Part shown: positions 58,612 through 64,000 of the stretch, one piece after another
Layout of the letters: every line of letters starts with the position of its first letter
Numbering within the stretch: position 1 is the stretch's first letter
NCBI GenBank assembly: GCA_964618645.1
Contig: CAZUBW010000001.1
Location: 83,236 to 147,235, forward strand
Direction: 5' to 3'
DNA length: 64,000 nt
Source of the DNA: an uncultured Bacteroidales bacterium
GTDB taxonomy: Bacteria > Bacteroidota > Bacteroidia > Bacteroidales > UBA10428
Notes under the pieces: generated by a model
Seen by the model: only the letters and a program-made list of their open reading frames with translations
Databases searched by the model: none
What the model was told of the DNA's origin: nothing
Translations under genes and position numbers: made by a program

Positions 58612-61338
58612 ATGTCGAACATTAAACGCGTTTACACATTTGGGGCTAAAAAAGCCGAAGGTAAGGCAGACATGAAGAATCTGCTGGGTGGTAAGGGGGC
58701 GAACCTCGCCGAGATGTGTTTGTTAGGCCTGCCGGTTCCTGCAGGATTTACCATTACTACGGAAGTATGTACCGAATACTATGCCAACAATCATCAACTT
58801 CCGGCTGAGCTGATGCCTGAGGTTTGGGAAGCTATGAAAAAGACCGAGGAAACGATGGCTATGAAATATGGTGATCCCGAGAATGCGCTTTTGGTATCAT
58901 GCCGTTCCGGCGCCCGTAGTTCCATGCCCGGTATGATGGATACAGTATTGAATATAGGTCTCTGTTCAGCAACCATCCCCGGTTTCATTAAGAAAACCAA
59001 TAATCCGCGTTTTGTATGGGATTCGTACCGTCGTCTGATTATGATGTATGCCGATGTTGTTATGGAAAAAGCTGAAGGTCTTGAGCCGTCAGATGGAAAA
59101 GGCATCCGTAAACAGCTTGACGATATGCTGGATGAATACAAGCATAAAAAAGGTTACAAATCAGATACCGACCTCAATGCAGACGATCTCAAATTCCTGG
59201 CTGAAGAATTCAAGAAAAGGGTTCAAAGCTCACTGGGACAACCCTTCCCCGATGATGCCAAGGCACAGCTCGAAGGCGGTATTAAAGCCGTATTCAAAAG
59301 CTGGAACGGAAAAAAAGCTATTTCGTACCGTCGTATCGAAGGAATTCCTGACGAATGGGGCACAGCTGTAAACGTACAAGCCATGGTATTCGGAAATATG
59401 GGTGATACTTCTGCCACAGGCGTAGCCTTTACCCGTAACCCTGCAACCGGTGATAACCTGTTTTATGGCGAATGGCTTATCAATGCACAGGGCGAAGACG
59501 TGGTTGCCGGTATCCGTACCCCCAACCCGTTGAACAACGATACCAAGAATGAACAGAACCAGCATCTTTCCAGTATGCAGGAAGCCATGCCCGGAACTTA
59601 TAAAGAACTCAGCGATATCCGCGACATTCTTGAAAAATCGTTCAAGGATATGCTTGATATCGAATTCACCATTCAGGAAGGCACACTTTACATGTTGCAG
59701 TGCCGCGCAGGTAAACGTACCGGTACTGCCGCGCTGAACATGGCAATGGATATGCTTAAGGAAGGGCTCATTGATGAAAAGAAAGCGGTAATGCGCGTGG
59801 ATCCTGCACAGCTTGACGAATTACTTCACCCTATTTGCGATCCTGCAGCTGAAAAGAATGCAGCAGTAATTGTAAAAGGTTTGCCTGCAGGTCCTGGTGC
59901 TGCCGTTGGCAAAATTGTATTTACCGCTGAAGATGCTGTTGCCTGGAACCGTAAAGGTGAAAAAGTCATTTTGCTGCGCGAAGAAACCAATCCCGAGGAT
60001 GTTGAGGGTATGCGCGCTGCCGAAGGTATTCTTACTGCCCGTGGTGGTATGACTTCACATGCTGCATTGGTAGCCCGTGGTTGGGGAAAATGCTGCATTG
60101 TGGGCGCCGGAAACCTTCATGTTGACGTAGTCCGTAAAAAAGTAAAAATTGCCGGTAGTGATGTGGTTTTGAAGGAGGGTGATATGGTTACCCTGAATGG
60201 TACCAAAGGTAATGTATACCAGGGCGCTATTTCCCTGATGGATGCAACAGAAAACCCCAGGTTCCAGGAATTCATGAAAATGGTGGATAAAAACCGCACC
60301 ATGGGCGTGCGCACCAATGCCGATACGCCCGCCGATGCTAAAATCGCCAGGGATTTTGGCGCTGAAGGTATCGGGCTTTTCCGCACCGAACATATGTTCT
60401 ATGGCGAAGGCTCCGATCAGCCCCTGTTCCTGCTCAGGAAAATGATTCTCAGTAACACCGTTGAAGAACGCAAATCGGCACTGAACGAATTGTTCTCCTT
60501 TGTTAAAAACAGCCTTAAGGGAACACTCGAAGCCATGAACGGACTACCGGTAACCTTCCGTTTGCTCGATCCCCCGCTGCATGAATTTGTGCCGCAGAGT
60601 GCTGAAAAACAGGCCGAACTGGCTAAAGCGCTTGGGATTTCGGCTGCAGATGTTGCCAAACGTGGTGAATCGCTTCACGAATCAAACCCCATGATGGGCC
60701 ATCGCGGCGTTCGTTTGGGTGTAACATACCCCGAAGTCTCCGAGATGCAGATCAGGGCTATTTTCGAAGCCTACGCTGAACTTAAGAAAGAAAATAAGGA
60801 TCCTAAACCCGAAATTATGGTTCCGGTAACCTGCGATGTGTCTGAACTCGACTTTACCAAAAAGATAACCGACAGGGTTTATGCCGAAGTTTGCGCTAAA
60901 TTCGGACTGAGCGCTATTGAATACAAATACGGCACCATGATCGAAATCCCGCGTGCCTGTCTGCTTGCAGACCGTATGGCCAAGTCAGCTGAGTTTTTCT
61001 CCTTTGGCACCAACGACCTTACGCAGATGTCATTTGGTTTCAGCCGCGACGATATCGGCGGATTCCTGCATCATTACCTCGATTATAAAATGTTGGCAGC
61101 TGATCCGTTCCAGACCATTGACCAGGATGGCGTTGGCCAACTGATTAAGATGGCTGTTGACAAGGGACGAGGTACCCGTAAAGACCTTAAGGTCGGTATC
61201 TGTGGCGAACAAGGCGGAGACCCTGCTTCCGTTGAATTCTGCTACAAAACCGGGTTGACCTACGTAAGCTGCTCTCCATACAGGGTTCCCATTGCACGTT
61301 TGGCAGCAGCTCAGGCAGCTATCAAGGCCGCTAAGTAA
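58612..61338 (+). CDS. ppdK: pyruvate, phosphate dikinase
   Basis: 908 aa with an N-terminal ATP-grasp (LLGGKGANLAEM), the phosphohistidine swivel GGMTSHAALVARG, and a C-terminal PEP/pyruvate TIM barrel (FSFGTNDLTQ, CGE). Confidence 0.95.
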   Translation: MSNIKRVYTFGAKKAEGKADMKNLLGGKGANLAEMCLLGLPVPAGFTITTEVCTEYYANNHQLPAELMPEVWEAMKKTEETMAMKYGDPENALLVSCRSGARSSMPGMMDTVLNIGLCSATIPGFIKKTNNPRFVWDSYRRLIMMYADVVMEKAEGLEPSDGKGIRKQLDDMLDEYKHKKGYKSDTDLNADDLKFLAEEFKKRVQSSLGQPFPDDAKAQLEGGIKAVFKSWNGKKAISYRRIEGIPDEWGTAVNVQAMVFGNMGDTSATGVAFTRNPATGDNLFYGEWLINAQGEDVVAGIRTPNPLNNDTKNEQNQHLSSMQEAMPGTYKELSDIRDILEKSFKDMLDIEFTIQEGTLYMLQCRAGKRTGTAALNMAMDMLKEGLIDEKKAVMRVDPAQLDELLHPICDPAAEKNAAVIVKGLPAGPGAAVGKIVFTAEDAVAWNRKGEKVILLREETNPEDVEGMRAAEGILTARGGMTSHAALVARGWGKCCIVGAGNLHVDVVRKKVKIAGSDVVLKEGDMVTLNGTKGNVYQGAISLMDATENPRFQEFMKMVDKNRTMGVRTNADTPADAKIARDFGAEGIGLFRTEHMFYGEGSDQPLFLLRKMILSNTVEERKSALNELFSFVKNSLKGTLEAMNGLPVTFRLLDPPLHEFVPQSAEKQAELAKALGISAADVAKRGESLHESNPMMGHRGVRLGVTYPEVSEMQIRAIFEAYAELKKENKDPKPEIMVPVTCDVSELDFTKKITDRVYAEVCAKFGLSAIEYKYGTMIEIPRACLLADRMAKSAEFFSFGTNDLTQMSFGFSRDDIGGFLHHYLDYKMLAADPFQTIDQDGVGQLIKMAVDKGRGTRKDLKVGICGEQGGDPASVEFCYKTGLTYVSCSPYRVPIARLAAAQAAIKAAK

Positions 61339-61357
61339 CACTTTTTAATTGCTTTAT

Positions 61358-61394
61358 AAAAAGCCGCCAGATTCTTATCCGGCGGCTTTTTTTT
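61358..61394 (+). terminator. rho-independent terminator after ppdK
   Basis: GCCGCC-(12 nt)-GGCGGC stem followed by T8. Confidence 0.8.
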
Positions 61395-61408
61395 ATTGAC
61401 AAAAATCA

Positions 61409-61416
61409 TACCTTTG
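61409..61416 (+). promoter_or_regulatory. candidate -7 box (TACCTTTG) for pckA
   Basis: Exact TAnnTTTG, 42 nt upstream of ATG 61458. Confidence 0.4.
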
Positions 61417-61457
61417 CCCGGTTAGAAAAATGAGTATAAACAATAAAAATTGACCAA

Positions 61458-63059
61458 ATGAGCTTGTTCAGCCCAAACGACTTGGCCAAATATGGCATTA
61501 CCAATGTAAAAGAAGTAGTTTACAACCCTTCGTACCAGGAACTTTTTAATGCTGAAACTGATCCGAATCTGGAAGGTTTTGAAGTTGGTGAATTAACAGA
61601 TACAGGCGCCATAGCAGTGAAAACAGGGGTTTTTACCGGCAGGTCGCCAAAGGACAAATACTTTGTTAAAGATGCGGTTTCCGATAATACCATCTGGTGG
61701 GACGGAGTCATCAATAAATCAATCAATCAGGATGTCTGGGAGCATTGCAAAGGACTTGTAAGTAAACAACTATCAAACAAAGACAGACTTTATGTAGTGG
61801 ATGCCTTTTGCGGAACCAATGCCAATAGCCGGCTCAAAGTAAGGTTCATTATGGAAGTGGCCTGGCAGGCTCATTTTGTTACCAACATGTTTATCCGTCC
61901 ATCACATTACGAATTGGCCAATTATGGCGAACCCGACTTTGTGATGATCAACGGTTCCAAAACAATCAACCCGCAATGGAAAGAGCAAGGTCTGCATTCA
62001 GATGTATTTGTTCTTTTCAGTTTAGCTGAAAAGCTTTCGGTTGTTGGGGGTTCGTGGTATGGCGGCGAAATGAAAAAAGGTATTTTCAGCCTCATGAATT
62101 ACTATAATCCCCTGAAAGGAATGGCTTCTATGCATTGTTCGGCCAACGTAGGCGAAAAAGGCGATGTAGCGCTTTTCTTCGGCCTTTCGGGAACCGGTAA
62201 AACCACCCTTTCAGCCGATCCAAAAAGGTATCTCATTGGTGATGACGAACATGGCTGGGACGATGAAGGCGTTTTCAACTACGAAGGCGGATGCTATGCC
62301 AAAACCATTAACCTGAGTAAGGAAAACGAACCGGATATTTTCAATGCCATTCAACGTAATGCATTGCTTGAGAATGTTACGGTACGCAAAGATGGTTCCA
62401 TTGATTTTGCCGATTGCTCAATAACCGAAAATACCAGGGTATCCTACCCAATATACCATATTAATAAAATAGTATTGCCTTCAAAAGCCGGACATGCAAC
62501 AAAAGTTATCTATCTCTCGGCTGATGCATTTGGCGTGCTTCCCCCGGTTTCCATACTCGACCGGAACCAGGCCCAGTATCACTTCCTGTGTGGGTACACC
62601 TCCAAACTGGCCGGTACCGAACGTGGCATCACCGAGCCCGTTCCCTCTTTCTCACCGGCATTTGGTGAAGCATTCCTCACCCTTCACCCAACATACTATG
62701 CAAAGGAACTGGTCAGGAAAATGGACCAGCACAATGCCAAAGCTTACCTGGTTAACACAGGATGGAATGGCACAGGAAAGAGAATCTCCATTAAAGAAAC
62801 CCGTGCCATTATCGATTCCATTCTGGACGGATCTATCGAAAAAGCACCAACCAAACACATACCCCTGCTGAACCTTACCATTCCGGTAAGCTTACCCGGC
62901 GTTTCAGATGGTATTCTGGATCCGCGCGATACTTACACCGATAAATTGGAATGGGAACGTAAAGCCCGTGACCTTTCAGGCCGGTATATCAAATACTTCG
63001 AACAATATGCTTCAACCCCCGAAGGAAAAGCCCTGATTCCTTACGGACCACAACTCTGA
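61458..63059 (+). CDS. pckA: phosphoenolpyruvate carboxykinase (ATP)
   Basis: 533 aa with GRSPKDK, kinase-1a [20 protein letters not shown] and NTGWNG motifs. Confidence 0.95.
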   Translation: MSLFSPNDLAKYGITNVKEVVYNPSYQELFNAETDPNLEGFEVGELTDTGAIAVKTGVFTGRSPKDKYFVKDAVSDNTIWWDGVINKSINQDVWEHCKGLVSKQLSNKDRLYVVDAFCGTNANSRLKVRFIMEVAWQAHFVTNMFIRPSHYELANYGEPDFVMINGSKTINPQWKEQGLHSDVFVLFSLAEKLSVVGGSWYGGEMKKGIFSLMNYYNPLKGMASMHCSANVGEKGDVALFFGLSGTGKTTLSADPKRYLIGDDEHGWDDEGVFNYEGGCYAKTINLSKENEPDIFNAIQRNALLENVTVRKDGSIDFADCSITENTRVSYPIYHINKIVLPSKAGHATKVIYLSADAFGVLPPVSILDRNQAQYHFLCGYTSKLAGTERGITEPVPSFSPAFGEAFLTLHPTYYAKELVRKMDQHNAKAYLVNTGWNGTGKRISIKETRAIIDSILDGSIEKAPTKHIPLLNLTIPVSLPGVSDGILDPRDTYTDKLEWERKARDLSGRYIKYFEQYASTPEGKALIPYGPQL

Positions 63060-63062
63060 TAA

Positions 63063-63090
63063 AAAATCCCGCCTATGGCGGGATTTTATA
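63063..63090 (+). terminator. rho-independent terminator after pckA
   Basis: AAAATCCCGCC-TAT-GGCGGGATTTT followed by a T-rich tail. Confidence 0.75.
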
Positions 63091-63170
63091 TTTATTTGAT
63101 TATCAATGTTTTAAAGTTCCCAAAATGAAAAAATAGGGGAATATGCGCTTGCCGGAAAAATATTTATATA

Positions 63171-63178
63171 TATATTTG
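63171..63178 (+). promoter_or_regulatory. candidate -7 box (TATATTTG) for plsY
   Basis: Exact TAnnTTTG, 26 nt upstream of ATG 63204. Confidence 0.4.
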
Positions 63179-63203
63179 CGGGCTCGAATCATTAAGTTCT
63201 TTA

Positions 63204-63872
63204 ATGCATATAGTATACAATATTGGCATCCTGATACTTGCCTACCTGATCGGATCAGTCCCTACTTCGGTATGGGTCGGCAAATCATTTTTTAGTATTG
63301 ATATCAGGCAACATGGAAGCAAAAATGCCGGTGCTACCAATGCAATGCGGATCTTCGGCTGGAAAGCCGGTCTGGCTGTCCTGGTTGTTGACGTATTCAA
63401 AGGCTGGCTGGCTGTTAATCTGATTCATCTTACCAATTACTATATTCCCGAAACGGGTGATTTTGTCGAGTTCCAATTGCTATTGGGAATTGCAGCCATT
63501 CTGGGCCACATTTTCCCTGTTTATGTTGGTTTTAAAGGCGGGAAGGGTGTTGCAACACTATTCGGTCTGGTGCTGGCCATTAATCCTGAGCCTACCTTGC
63601 TCTGCGTTGGTATTTTCATCGTAACCCTGATAGTTACCAAATACGTTTCGCTCAGCTCCATGGTTGCCGGCTTTGCCTTTCCGGTGGTGGTAATCTTTAT
63701 TTTTAAAACCACAACCCCTTCGCTTGTACTTTTTTCGATGATCATAGCTGTTTTATTGCTTTTCACCCACCAGAAAAACATTGAAAGACTGCTTCGGCGC
63801 GAAGAGAAGAAAGCATTGTTTCTGATGAGCAAACGGCGCAGGGAACTGGAACGTCTGAAACAATCGGCCTGA
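63204..63872 (+). CDS. plsY: glycerol-3-phosphate acyltransferase PlsY
   Basis: Polytopic membrane protein with LIGSVPTS, HGSKNAGATN and FKGGKGVAT motifs. Has a basic C-terminal extension. Confidence 0.88.
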   Translation: MHIVYNIGILILAYLIGSVPTSVWVGKSFFSIDIRQHGSKNAGATNAMRIFGWKAGLAVLVVDVFKGWLAVNLIHLTNYYIPETGDFVEFQLLLGIAAILGHIFPVYVGFKGGKGVATLFGLVLAINPEPTLLCVGIFIVTLIVTKYVSLSSMVAGFAFPVVVIFIFKTTTPSLVLFSMIIAVLLLFTHQKNIERLLRREEKKALFLMSKRRRELERLKQSA

Positions 63873-63882
63873 CCCGGTTTTA

Positions 63883-64000
63883 CTAGCCTTTTTTTCGCAT
63901 AAACTCCTCTTCCAGTATTTTATGAAGTGTTTTGGTGTCAACCGGGGTTAGTTTTCCCGACTCGGCCAGCGATATACCCCCGGTTTCTTCCGACACAATG
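63883..64000 (-). CDS. cdaA: diadenylate cyclase CdaA-like, C-terminal fragment; 5' end lies outside the window
   Basis: Minus-strand frame reads ...IVSEETGGISLAESGKLTPVDTKTLHKILEEEFMRKKG* with the stop at 63883-63885. VSEETG.IS.A..G.L is the conserved end of the DAC domain. Confidence 0.6.
   Translation of the reverse strand, partial: IVSEETGGISLAESGKLTPVDTKTLHKILEEEFMRKKG

Noticed and set aside
1-64000. Searched by eye for defence or mobile hallmarks: cas, restriction-modification, toxin-antitoxin pairs, transposase, phage integrase, retron-like or DGR repeats, and tRNA/rRNA genes.
   Set aside because: None was recognisable. Every ORF above ~120 aa that is not a shadow ORF could be assigned to a housekeeping, transport, envelope or regulatory family, or to a conserved-looking hypothetical.

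Overview
This window looks like a densely coded chromosomal core region of a Bacteroidota-type genome. Evidence is the gene content, the SusC/FecR-style signalling parts, lipoprotein signals, and the Bacteroidota -7 promoter box TAnnTTTG 20-100 nt upstream of at least 12 start codons. About 50 genes are supported on both strands. Central metabolism: pntAA-pntAB-pntB, sucA-sucB, icd, pyk, ppdK, pckA, pgl, galT, dapA and ornithine carbamoyltransferase. Housekeeping: secA, dnaX, xerD, arfB, plsY, ferritin, msrC and hldD, plus a partial mqnB at the left edge and a partial cdaA at the right edge. Transport and regulation: a TolC/MacA/MacB-type efflux operon followed by a LytTR two-component pair, a NarL-type pair, a propeller-type sensor kinase, two ECF sigma/anti-sigma modules, and Crp/Fnr with a stand-alone receiver. 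I found no rRNA, tRNA, CRISPR/cas, transposase, phage or recognisable defence genes, so I cannot claim a clear-cut novel multi-gene system. The items most worth a second look are: (1) an A10 slippery run in dnaX at the domain III boundary with stops in both alternative frames; (2) a three-member family of structured elements starting directly after stop codons, two of them about 97 percent identical 123-nt hairpins 41 kb apart; (3) an ECF sigma/FecR locus whose STN signalling domain sits on a protein without a TonB-dependent barrel, and whose sigma gene lacks a canonical start codon; (4) three distinct intergenic repeat arrays or hairpins; (5) a secreted nucleoside-hydrolase/FmdE fusion. All functional calls rest on my reading of the translated ORFs and motifs. 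No database search was run.
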